Source: Deltaproteobacteria bacterium (lineage in GTDB: Bacteria > Myxococcota > Kuafuiibacteriia > Kuafuiibacteriales > Kuafuiibacteriaceae). Taken from it: a stretch of 64,000 bases of DNA. The stretch lies in assembly GCA_040218735.1 (NCBI GenBank), contig JAVJQW010000023.1:352001-416000 (forward strand). Direction: 5' to 3'. The notes beneath the pieces are model-generated. The model was not told where the DNA came from. It ran no database searches and was given only the letters and a program-made list of their open reading frames with translations. Positions 38,301 through 46,070 of this stretch are shown here, in pieces (position 1 is the stretch's first letter; each line of letters starts with the position of its first letter). The translations under genes and the position numbers were made by a program.

Positions 38301-38511
38301 AGTGGATCTCGCTGCCGACGATCACCTCGAGGTTGTGCTCGCGCGCCGCGTTGTACGCGCGGACCACGCCGTACAGGCCGTCGTGATCCGTGATCGCGAG
38401 GCGGCGGTATCCAATTTCATTCGCGCGCGCGACGAGCTCTTCGGGGTGCGACGCCCCGCGAAGGAACGAAAAAGAGGTCGCGCATCGAAGCTCCACATAC
38501 CGCTGTCTCAT
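35314..38511 (-). CDS. dnaE2: Error-prone DNA polymerase III alpha DnaE2 (ImuC)
   Basis: SFSFLRGASHP, GRGSAANS, PPDIDVDF, GYGFPESHAASF, QRPGTASG, C-terminal RNFF. Confidence 0.96.
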   Translation of the reverse strand: MRQRYVELRCATSFSFLRGASHPEELVARANEIGYRRLAITDHDGLYGVVRAYNAAREHNLEVIVGSEIHFDVDARTGRESPGLVLLATDRDSYARLSRLLTLGRRRVGKGGFQLRFDDVAQNAEGLQAIHVGPLDALLIAREREVFGDRLALAVERSLSPFDRLRVEAVQSASARFQLPIVATGGVLMHERSRKPLQDILSCVRLGVRLDEGGRRLQPNTNAHLKSPEEMTALFADLPEAIEMSVHIADRCSFRLEELHQSFTLEVLPAGETGMSYLTKLVEKGATERYPDGVPEVVRRQIDHEMKLIEELDFAGYFLTVWDIVRYARSRNILCQGRGSAANSVVCYCLGITSIDPVRMNLLFERFISVERGEPPDIDVDFEHDRREEVIQYVYEKYGREHAAMVANFICYRGKLAYREVGKVFGLGLDQIDKLTRGRGHWAAGELDGDELRECGLDPDDPIVQQVVEWAETLQGFPRHLGLHSGGFVVTKEPLVEIVPVENATKEYRTVVAWDKRDVETLGLVKIDLLALGILSAVHRAFDFVLDTEGKQLTLANIPSEDPATYDMICDADTVGTFQVESRAQMQMLPRLEPRTFYDLVVSVAIVRPGPIQGDMIHPYLRRRDGLEKVEYPHPALEKILGRTYGVPLFQEQVMKMAVAIAGFTPGEADELRRAIGWSSQVHIDRLRDRLIAGMLGNGLEQEYAERVFRMIQGFGGYGFPESHAASFALIGYASCYLKRYHPAAFVAALLNSQPMGFYAPHTLVADAQRHGVEHRAPTISMSHWDSTLEPSTEAHQERWWRESKHKIKKHTPWADHLEGRSTYGLPVQPAVRLGFREVYGMSEPIAERIVDARESRPFESVEDLVLRADLPRDVAARLAASGALDELGLSRREALWRVTSMDRRSPLLFGVPLPDETESATKLPKMSPTEKMRADYATVGLSVNTHPMQLVRDEMKRRKVLGFLELERAPHGRRVRVGGMAVTRQRPGTASGVIFMTLEDEDGHMNLVVFSHVYARYRNVARDEVMLIADGEVQRTGRVVNLIVDHFAPLAVPQPGVAVARNFF

Positions 38512-38528
38512 GGTCGGATCTGCGATCA

Positions 38529-38544
38529 CGGATCAAAAGTTCAG
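38529..38544. promoter_or_regulatory. Putative Myxococcus-type LexA box upstream of dnaE2
   Basis: CGGATC-AAAA-GTTCAG: one perfect GTTCAG half-site of CTGAAC-N4-GTTCAG. Confidence 0.55.
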
Positions 38545-38665
38545 TACCGATCAAGTGTGCAGATCCCTACGATCCCTCAAGCTACGAATTTCATTCGCGC
38601 ATCTCGAAACCCCGAAGGCCCCGGGATGCGGCCGGGCGCGGGTTCGTGTACGCAGGAAGACGTCG

Positions 38666-40816
38666 ATGTCGCGCGCCTCGCGAATCCTCCCCGCCGTCGC
38701 ATCGCTCCTCGTCGCCGCACCTGCGTCGGCGCAGACGGTGTTCGGCTACCAGCTCGGTGTGGTGCAGAGCGCGGGCGGGACCTTCGGCGACCCGGTGAAC
38801 CCGTTGCTCGTCCAGCAGGACGGGCAGGACGACAACGCACCGGCCAACAACGTCCAGCAGGTCCAGGGCGTCCAGCTCAACACGACGGTCACCGCCAACG
38901 TGACGCTCGACGCCGCCACGAACCTCATCAACCACGGCCTCGTCCTCGGCGCTGCCTACACCCAGCTGCTGCCTTTCGCCGTCCCCGAGGACGCGCAAGC
39001 TACCTTGCGCGAACGTCAGTCCACCTTCAACGCCACCGCCCAGTACCTCGCGCGCGTTCAGGAAGCGCAGTGGGGCCTCCAGTTCGGCGCCGGCTACGTC
39101 TTCAGCCTGAACGGCCGACTCCCCACCGCCGCGACCGGACAGGTTGGGCAGGCCGCGGACGCCACCACACCCGCCACGAGCTTCGGGCTGTTCGCGCTCA
39201 ACGCGCAGGCGCACACGTTCAACGCGCAGCTCCAACACACCCTCAACCGCGCGCGGTGGGATCTCCTCAGCGGCGTCGGCTACACCTACGCTGTCAACGG
39301 CCTGTTCACCCTCGCCGCGGGCGGCGTCGGCGCGCAGAACCAGGCCGCCCAGAACGGGCAGATCGGGGTGGGGACGAACCTCGGCGGCTTCATCCTCCAG
39401 AACGCCCACACCATCACGCCGCAGGTCGAGTACCGGCGCCGCGTGAACGCCCGCAACACCCTCACCCTCCGCGCGAACGCCGCCGCGACGATCACCGTCG
39501 CGCCCGAGGACATCGTCACCGTCGAAGGCTTCGACACCACGATCGTCGCCGCGCAGATCGCGCTGCCCCCGACGCTCGTGAACAACGCCGAAGCGCTGTG
39601 GACCTACAACGCCAACAACGAGCGTCAGTTCGGCGGCTCGGTGTCCGGCACCTTCGGCATGCGCGTCCCCGTCGACGGCAACTTCAACGCGATCCCCGGC
39701 GCATCGCTCGGGCCCGACACCGTCATCTGGACCGTGCGCGGCTTCTACCAAGATCTCCTGCCCCTCGACACACGCCTCACGGTCGGCGCCGGCGTCGCGC
39801 AAGCCACCCTCATCCAGCCCCCCATCGGGGCCCCCGGCGATCCGGCCACGTTCGAACCGGTGCGCTCCAACCTCACGCCGCTCGTCGACGCGACGCTCCG
39901 GCGACGCTTCGAACCCGTCGACGTCGCGCTCGCCGTCGGGCGCGCGGTGGGCGTCGGTGCGTTCGGCGCATCCGCCGTCGTCACCGACACGGCGGCGCTC
40001 ACGTTCACGCACGTGACGGAGTGGGAGATGCCGCTCACCACGACGATCGGCTTCAACGCCCAACGCACCCAAGCCGTCGGCCAGGATCTCTTCCGCGGCG
40101 TCGATCCTCGTGACCCGGTCGTCGCTGCCTTCAACAACCAGGGCTTCGGCGCGATCGCCAACATCGCGTACCCGATCTTCCGCGAGGACCCCTTCGCGTT
40201 CGATCTCAACGCCTCCTACAGCTTCACGTACAACGACCTCGACCCGATGGACGTCCAGGGGCTCGAACCCATCCGCCAACACCTCGCCCTCCTCGCGCTC
40301 CGCGGCACCTTCGGACGCGGCGCCGCGCAGCAGGCGGTCGGCGCCGGTGGCCGACGCGACACGGACGAGCTCGACGCCTTCTCGTCCAACCCGCGCGACG
40401 GCTCCCCCCTCATCACCCAGCGTCTCCTCGGGCAGGGCGCGCCGATGCTCCAGCGCGGCGAGCGCCCCGGGCTCCCGCCGCGCGAAGCGGGGCGTCGCGA
40501 CTCACGGCAGCAGTACCAACAGAGCTTGAGACAAGAGCAGCTCGAGCAGGAGGCGCGCGACCGCTCGACCGCGGTGCAAGGCATCGGCTCGTACTACGAA
40601 GAGGAACAGCGCCGCCTCGAAGCCGAACGCGAAAAGCAGGAAGAAGCCGCCGACCAGCGCGACCGAGACGCCTTCAGCAACTGGCCGACCGACTCCGTCG
40701 CGCTGCCCGAGAACGCGCCGCCCCCGCCTCCACCGCCCCCCGCGGAGACGAAGGAAGAAGAGAAGCAGGAAGAGCCGCCGCCGCCGCCGAAGCGACGTCG
40801 CCGTCGTCGGCGCTGA
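38666..40816 (+). CDS. Secreted protein, probable outer-membrane beta-barrel with charged C-terminal extension
   Basis: Signal peptide ending ASA; repeated amphipathic strands (GAGYVFS, GVGYTYA, NASYSFTY); ends in poly-Pro and KRRRRRRR. Confidence 0.7.
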   Translation: MSRASRILPAVASLLVAAPASAQTVFGYQLGVVQSAGGTFGDPVNPLLVQQDGQDDNAPANNVQQVQGVQLNTTVTANVTLDAATNLINHGLVLGAAYTQLLPFAVPEDAQATLRERQSTFNATAQYLARVQEAQWGLQFGAGYVFSLNGRLPTAATGQVGQAADATTPATSFGLFALNAQAHTFNAQLQHTLNRARWDLLSGVGYTYAVNGLFTLAAGGVGAQNQAAQNGQIGVGTNLGGFILQNAHTITPQVEYRRRVNARNTLTLRANAAATITVAPEDIVTVEGFDTTIVAAQIALPPTLVNNAEALWTYNANNERQFGGSVSGTFGMRVPVDGNFNAIPGASLGPDTVIWTVRGFYQDLLPLDTRLTVGAGVAQATLIQPPIGAPGDPATFEPVRSNLTPLVDATLRRRFEPVDVALAVGRAVGVGAFGASAVVTDTAALTFTHVTEWEMPLTTTIGFNAQRTQAVGQDLFRGVDPRDPVVAAFNNQGFGAIANIAYPIFREDPFAFDLNASYSFTYNDLDPMDVQGLEPIRQHLALLALRGTFGRGAAQQAVGAGGRRDTDELDAFSSNPRDGSPLITQRLLGQGAPMLQRGERPGLPPREAGRRDSRQQYQQSLRQEQLEQEARDRSTAVQGIGSYYEEEQRRLEAEREKQEEAADQRDRDAFSNWPTDSVALPENAPPPPPPPPAETKEEEKQEEPPPPPKRRRRRRR

Positions 40817-40822
40817 CCCAAG

Positions 40823-42265
40823 TCAGTTCCGCGTCCCGGACACCATGATCGTGAGCGTCGGCGTCACCGGATCGTTCGTCGGGACGTCGATCTCGGCCCG
40901 GTGTACACCCGCCGCCGGTGGATCGAACGTCACCTGGAACGGCAGTCCGGTCATCGGGGGCGGGTTGCAGTTCACGTCGGGCAGCATCGTTCCCGATGCG
41001 GGTGTATTCGACAACGTGAACGCCATCGGCCCCTGCGTCGTGCGCAACGTGATCGCGCCCGTCGTCATCAGCGGGAGCGTTCCGCAGTTCGACAGCGCGA
41101 CGTTGACGGTGGCCGGGGGATTCTCGCCCGTCTGCTGGAAGTTCACCTCCGCGGGGAAGGAATAGGCCGACGGCCGACCGACCTCACCGCGCACCAGCAC
41201 CGAAGACGTCGGGCGCGTCGCCGAGTTCGATCCGACGATTACCGTCTGCACGTCGAACTCGTAGTCGGCCGGCGTGTAGGTGACGTCGAACACACGTTCC
41301 TCGTTCGGCGTCAGGATGACTTGCCCCGCCATCGACGGGTCCGGGTTGAACGACAGCTCGTCCTCCATGCGCGCGAGCGACGCCTGGAACGTGAGGTCGC
41401 GGTTGCCCGCGTTGATCACGCGAATCGAACCCGTCGCCGTCGCGTTGCGATCCACGTTCAACATCTGCACCGCCGGGTTCTCGCCCGCCGCCGTGCACAG
41501 CTCCGGCTCCCCCGTCGCGCTCGCGCACACTTCGAGCTCCGGCCCGACGGCGGTGCCCGTCAGCGGCACCTCCACGGTCGGCGCCGCCATCGTCGTGGTG
41601 TCGAAGCGAACCACCCCGCTCACCGGCCCCATCGCGTTCGGCATGTACGTGACGGAGAACGTCGCGGTCCCACCAGGGTTGTAGACCTGCTCGACGCCCA
41701 TGTCGTCGGCGGTGAACGCGCCGCCGCCGTTGTCGTCGACACGGAAGTTCGACAGCGTGAACGCATCCGTCCCCGGGTTGCGCACCGTGACGTTCACCGT
41801 GACGGGCTGCGTCTGCGAGTTCCACAGCACCTCGCCGAAGTCGACCGCGGGCGGGTCCACGACGACCGCCGCTTCGATCCCCTCGCCCATCAGCGGCACC
41901 GAGATCGTCGCCGCCTCGGGATCGTTCGTCGCGAACACCAACGTCCCGCTCACCATCCCGATCTCCGTGGGGCGCAGGATGACGTCGACCTCGATCTCGT
42001 CGAACGTCGCCACCGTCGAGGTGATCGTCGGCGCCACGAACGGCGCGTCCGCCACGAAGCCGGACACGTCCGCGACGAAGGAGCCGCGGTTGATGATCTT
42101 CAGCTTCACGGTCTTCTGCGAGCTGACCGGCACGCGACCGAAGTCGATCATCGTCGGCTCCACCGTGATGGACGCGTTGAGGACGCCGAGCTCGTCACCG
42201 CAGTCGCAACCGGACACGGCGAGCGTGCCCAGCACGAGGAGGACGCGGATTCTCGAAGGGTTCAC
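40823..42265 (-). CDS. Lipoprotein with tandem ASH/choice-of-anchor-D Ig-like domains
   Basis: Lipobox VSGC-DC; about 4 repeats of P..vDFG.V...N.G...V.y.P...TNDP...G. Confidence 0.82.
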   Translation of the reverse strand: MNPSRIRVLLVLGTLAVSGCDCGDELGVLNASITVEPTMIDFGRVPVSSQKTVKLKIINRGSFVADVSGFVADAPFVAPTITSTVATFDEIEVDVILRPTEIGMVSGTLVFATNDPEAATISVPLMGEGIEAAVVVDPPAVDFGEVLWNSQTQPVTVNVTVRNPGTDAFTLSNFRVDDNGGGAFTADDMGVEQVYNPGGTATFSVTYMPNAMGPVSGVVRFDTTTMAAPTVEVPLTGTAVGPELEVCASATGEPELCTAAGENPAVQMLNVDRNATATGSIRVINAGNRDLTFQASLARMEDELSFNPDPSMAGQVILTPNEERVFDVTYTPADYEFDVQTVIVGSNSATRPTSSVLVRGEVGRPSAYSFPAEVNFQQTGENPPATVNVALSNCGTLPLMTTGAITLRTTQGPMAFTLSNTPASGTMLPDVNCNPPPMTGLPFQVTFDPPAAGVHRAEIDVPTNDPVTPTLTIMVSGTRN

Positions 42266-42322
42266 GAGGGGATGAAACAACCCCCGGGCGGCGGGAGCCA
42301 TCCGCCAACGAAACGATCGGCG

Positions 42323-42727
42323 TCAGCGGGTCGCGACGGGCTCGCGATCGAGCAGCAAGCGCGCGTGCGCCCGGATCGCCTCCGACTCGGAGCGGCTGGC
42401 GGCGATCGTCTCGAGGAGCTGGTGCACCCCGTTCACGCGGCGCTCGACGAGCAACTCCAGCGCCTCTTCGCGGTGTGCGAAGTCCGGGCGCTGCGCCTCG
42501 CGCAACAGGACCGTCCACACCCGCGGGCTCGCGTCGTCGAGGCTCGCCTCGCGCTCCGCGGCCGGACCGGCGTGGTGCTCGAAGTCGTAGACGAACTTCT
42601 CGTCCGTCGGTCCAAGCGAGAATGCAAAGACCACGGCGACCGTCGGAATCAGCGCGGCGAACGGGATGACCCAGGTGCGTCCGAACCTCCCGGAGTTATT
42701 CGATCCGGCTCGTGACTTCTTCGACAT
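42323..42727 (-). CDS. Hypothetical single-TM protein
   Basis: Basic N-terminus, one TM, helical C-domain. Confidence 0.6.
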   Translation of the reverse strand: MSKKSRAGSNNSGRFGRTWVIPFAALIPTVAVVFAFSLGPTDEKFVYDFEHHAGPAAEREASLDDASPRVWTVLLREAQRPDFAHREEALELLVERRVNGVHQLLETIAASRSESEAIRAHARLLLDREPVATR

Positions 42728-42844
42728 CGTCGCGTCGGAAGAACGAGCCGCGGTGCGCCCCGACTTCCGCTGGCTACATACGACGCAGCGGTCGATTTCA
42801 CAAGTTCTCGGATCCAGTCGGGACTTTCGACCCGGTCGACCCGT

Positions 42845-43459
42845 TCAGGCCCCTTCGCCCTCGACGTACGGGCGGAGGTAACGCACGAGGAGCAGCTTCA
42901 CCTCGGCGAGCAGCGCCCGCGCGCGACGCTCCGGCGCGGTCCGCGCCAAGAACAGGAACGACGTGGTCGTGTTGACCACCGTCGTCGCGACCACGCGTCG
43001 CTTCTGCGGCTTCATCGCGGGGATGAACGTCTTCAGCAGCGTCGCGACCTGGTCGATGATCTTCTCCATCATCGCGACGTCGTCTTTCTCGTACGCCGCG
43101 TAGAGCTGCAAATTCGAGTACAGCGCACGCACTCGGATATCGGTCCGCTCCCACTCGAAGTACGACTCCAGGTAGGCCTCCACCAGCGCCTCCCAGCCCT
43201 GGGCCATCAGCTCCGGGGTCAGGACCCGCGCGAAGACTTCGCCGGACTCGTCCAGGCACTGCTTCGCGATCGCGTGGAACAGCCCGTTCTTGTTGGAGAA
43301 GAACTGATAGATGGACCCGACGGACGTGTCCGCCCGGGCCGCGATCTCGTCGATCGTCGCCGCCTCGAATCCGACCTCCGAGAACACCTCCGCGGCCGCG
43401 TCCAGGATGGCAACGTACCGCCGCTTCGCGCGCTCTTGCGTCGGCGTGCGTCGCTCCAC
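42845..43459 (-). CDS. TetR/AcrR family repressor (likely leaderless)
   Basis: ILDAA..F...GF.A.T..EIA..A..SVGSIYQFF.NK HTH; GTG start 7 nt after a TTGACA-N17-CACGTT promoter. Confidence 0.92.
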   Translation of the reverse strand: MERRTPTQERAKRRYVAILDAAAEVFSEVGFEAATIDEIAARADTSVGSIYQFFSNKNGLFHAIAKQCLDESGEVFARVLTPELMAQGWEALVEAYLESYFEWERTDIRVRALYSNLQLYAAYEKDDVAMMEKIIDQVATLLKTFIPAMKPQKRRVVATTVVNTTTSFLFLARTAPERRARALLAEVKLLLVRYLRPYVEGEGA

Positions 43460-43517
43460 TTGACGAAACGTGAGGGCGTCCTCATATTTTGTCAAACGTG
43501 AGGACATCCTCACATTT
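43460..43517. promoter_or_regulatory. Two palindromic TetR operators overlapping divergent sigma70-type promoters
   Basis: AAACGTGAGG-GCGT-CCTCATATTT (43466-43489) and AAACGTGAGG-ACAT-CCTCACATTT (43494-43517); TTGACG on + at 43460 and TTGACA on - at 43495-43490. Confidence 0.85.
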
Positions 43518-43535
43518 CGCCACCGAGAGGTCCCG

Positions 43536-44873
43536 ATGTCCGCAGTCCGCAACCGTCCGATCGCCGATGTCCTCCAGCTCCGCGCCAACCCGTTGTCGCT
43601 CTTCATCGAGGCGCTCCGCGAACCCGCCGCGATGGTGCGCTACCAGTTCGGCCCCTACCGCGCCGTCCTCGCGAAGCGCGCCGAGCACGTCGAGCACGTG
43701 CTCGTGAAGAACCACGACAACTACCTCAAGGGGCAGAACTACGAGCCGCTCAAGCTCACGCTCGGAGAGGGCCTCGTCACGAGTGAGGGTGAGCTGTGGA
43801 AGCGACAGCGCAAGCTGCTCCAACCCGCGTTCCACCACCGAAGCCTGTCGATGTTCGCGGACGTCATGTCGCGCGCGACCGAGGCGCTCGTCGACGAGTG
43901 GGAAGCCGAGCCCACCGAGACCGACCTGCACCGCGCGATGATGCAGCTGACCTTCCGCATCGTGTGCCAGACGTTGTTCTCCGCCGACGTTCAGACGGAC
44001 GGTGACTTCGGCGACGCGCTGCACGACCTCCTCGACTGGACCAACCGCCGCAGCGAGACGCTGATCCGCCCGCCGCTGTGGATGCCCACCCCCGGTAACG
44101 TTCGTTTCAAACGAAGCCGCCGCCGCTTCGACGATCTGATCTACGCGCTGATCCGCGAGCGTCGCGAGTCCGGTGAGCCCAAGGGCGACCTCCTCGACAT
44201 GCTCCTCGCCGCCTGCGACGACGGCATGCCCGAGCACCTCGTCCGCGACGAGCTCATCACGCTCGCGCTCGCCGGACACGAGACCACCGCGAACGCGTTG
44301 AGTTGGACGTTCTACCTGCTGTCGAAGCACCCCGACGTCGCGCGCCGCGTCGTCGAAGAAGTCGACGCCGTGCTCGGCGATCGCCAGCCGACGCTCGAGG
44401 ATCTCAAGGACGGCCTCGACTACACCGGCCGCGTCATCGAGGAGTCGATGCGTCTGTTCCCTCCGGTGTGGGGCTTCGAGCGCCAGGCCATCGCGGAGGA
44501 TCGCCTCGGCAACGAACGTGTGCCGCCGAAGACGAGCGTGATGATCGTGCCGTATTCGATGCACCGCGACTGGCGCTACTGGGACAACCCGGAGGGCTTC
44601 GATCCGGACCGCTTCCTGCCGGAGGCCAAGAAGGATCGCCCCCGCTTCGCGTACCTCCCCTTCGGCGGCGGCCCGCGCGTCTGCATCGGGAACGCGTTCG
44701 CGATGATGGAGGCCAAGATCATCGTGGCGTTGGTGCTGCGCCGGATCCGGCTGGAGCTGGAGCCGGGCTTCGTCGCGGAGCTGGAGCCCTCGATCACGCT
44801 GAGGCCCAAGAACGGGATTCGCGTGCGGATCGATCGCCGATTCGCGAAACAGGCGGCGGCGAGCTCACGATAA
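43536..44873 (+). CDS. Cytochrome P450
   Basis: AGHETT I-helix, ESMR (ExxR), FDPDRF, PFGGGPRVCIG heme motif. Confidence 0.96.
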   Translation: MSAVRNRPIADVLQLRANPLSLFIEALREPAAMVRYQFGPYRAVLAKRAEHVEHVLVKNHDNYLKGQNYEPLKLTLGEGLVTSEGELWKRQRKLLQPAFHHRSLSMFADVMSRATEALVDEWEAEPTETDLHRAMMQLTFRIVCQTLFSADVQTDGDFGDALHDLLDWTNRRSETLIRPPLWMPTPGNVRFKRSRRRFDDLIYALIRERRESGEPKGDLLDMLLAACDDGMPEHLVRDELITLALAGHETTANALSWTFYLLSKHPDVARRVVEEVDAVLGDRQPTLEDLKDGLDYTGRVIEESMRLFPPVWGFERQAIAEDRLGNERVPPKTSVMIVPYSMHRDWRYWDNPEGFDPDRFLPEAKKDRPRFAYLPFGGGPRVCIGNAFAMMEAKIIVALVLRRIRLELEPGFVAELEPSITLRPKNGIRVRIDRRFAKQAAASSR

Positions 44874-44879
44874 GGACAT

Positions 44880-46052
44880 GTGGTTCGTCCCGCGCGGGGG
44901 TTGTCTTGGTTCGATCGCGACCCGGCGGTCGGCGCCCCCACGGTCGACGGCGACCACGGCAAAGTCGGCGCGTTCTCCTTCTCGCGCAAGGACGTCGAGG
45001 CCGCCATGCGCCGCTTCGCGGTGGCCTCACCGGCACCGCTGCTCAGGCTCGCTCAGACCCTCGACGACGGCGACCGCCGCCTCGAGATGTCGGAGCTGAT
45101 CGCCGCCGGGCGCCTCGCGACCGCCGATCTCACGAAGGGGTTCTCGGTCGGCCCCGCCGCGCTCGCCGAGGTGATGAAGGCGCAGCGCCGCCCCGAGGAG
45201 TCGCTCCTCCTCCGCATGGCGCGCCGCTTCGACGACGGCGACCGGATCCTCGAACCCCACGAGCTGGAGCGCGCGGCGAAGCTGCTCGGCTCCGTGGTCG
45301 AACCGAACGACGTCGCCGCGATCTACCGACGCACGCGCGCGCTACCGGCGGAGGTCGAGACGATCGGCGTCGTCAGCGACGCGACCCGCTCACGTGAGAT
45401 CCTCGCGGCGCGCTTCCCCACCACCAACGGCAGCGAGCCCGAGCTGCGCGTCGTCATCACCGGCGGCGTGCACGGCGACGAGCCGGCTGGCGCTGGCGCT
45501 GCGCTCGCGTTCGCGGAGTGGCTCGCGACGAACCCCGCGATCCGCGAGCGCGTCGAGTTCGTCGTCATCCCGATGGTGAACCCGCGCGGCCTCGAAGACG
45601 GCACGCGCCGCACGCCCGAGGACGTCGACACCAACCGGAGCCTCGGCCCGGACGCAGAACACAAGACGCAGGAAGGCAAGATCGTCACGGCCTTCCTGAA
45701 GAGCAACGCGTTCGACCTCGGCATCGATCTCCACAGCGGCTCTCCCAAGCGCAACGGCTTCTGGCTCATGCACCGCGGCGCGGAGGACCTGCTCGGCCCG
45801 GTGATGAAGGCGTTCGATGTGGAGTGGCCGGTGCTCGCCGGCGACGTCCGCCCGTACATCGCGCAGCGGCCGGGTGTCTTGGTGAGCCGAAACTCGGGCA
45901 CGATGAAGGACGAGTTCGTGCGCTGCGGTGCGCGCTGGGGCGTCACCGTCGAAGCACCGCGTTCGATCAGCTACCTGGATCGGGTCTTCGGGGAGATGGA
46001 GCTGATCCAGCGGATCGTCGGCGCCGCGCTCGGGCGACAAGCCATCGCCTGA
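44880..46052 (+). CDS. M14-clan zinc carboxypeptidase/deacylase with N-terminal repeat extension
   Basis: GGVHGDE, PMVNPRG, DTNR, IDLHS, TVE motifs. Confidence 0.82.
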   Translation: MVRPARGLSWFDRDPAVGAPTVDGDHGKVGAFSFSRKDVEAAMRRFAVASPAPLLRLAQTLDDGDRRLEMSELIAAGRLATADLTKGFSVGPAALAEVMKAQRRPEESLLLRMARRFDDGDRILEPHELERAAKLLGSVVEPNDVAAIYRRTRALPAEVETIGVVSDATRSREILAARFPTTNGSEPELRVVITGGVHGDEPAGAGAALAFAEWLATNPAIRERVEFVVIPMVNPRGLEDGTRRTPEDVDTNRSLGPDAEHKTQEGKIVTAFLKSNAFDLGIDLHSGSPKRNGFWLMHRGAEDLLGPVMKAFDVEWPVLAGDVRPYIAQRPGVLVSRNSGTMKDEFVRCGARWGVTVEAPRSISYLDRVFGEMELIQRIVGAALGRQAIA

Positions 46053-46070
46053 TACGGCAAGATGCCGGCC

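Noticed and set aside
31695-40113. Very long ORFs 31695..34970 (-) and 36658..40113 (+) as overlapping genes
   Set aside because: Arg/His/Val-rich translations typical of antisense or off-frame shadows of real genes in high-GC DNA
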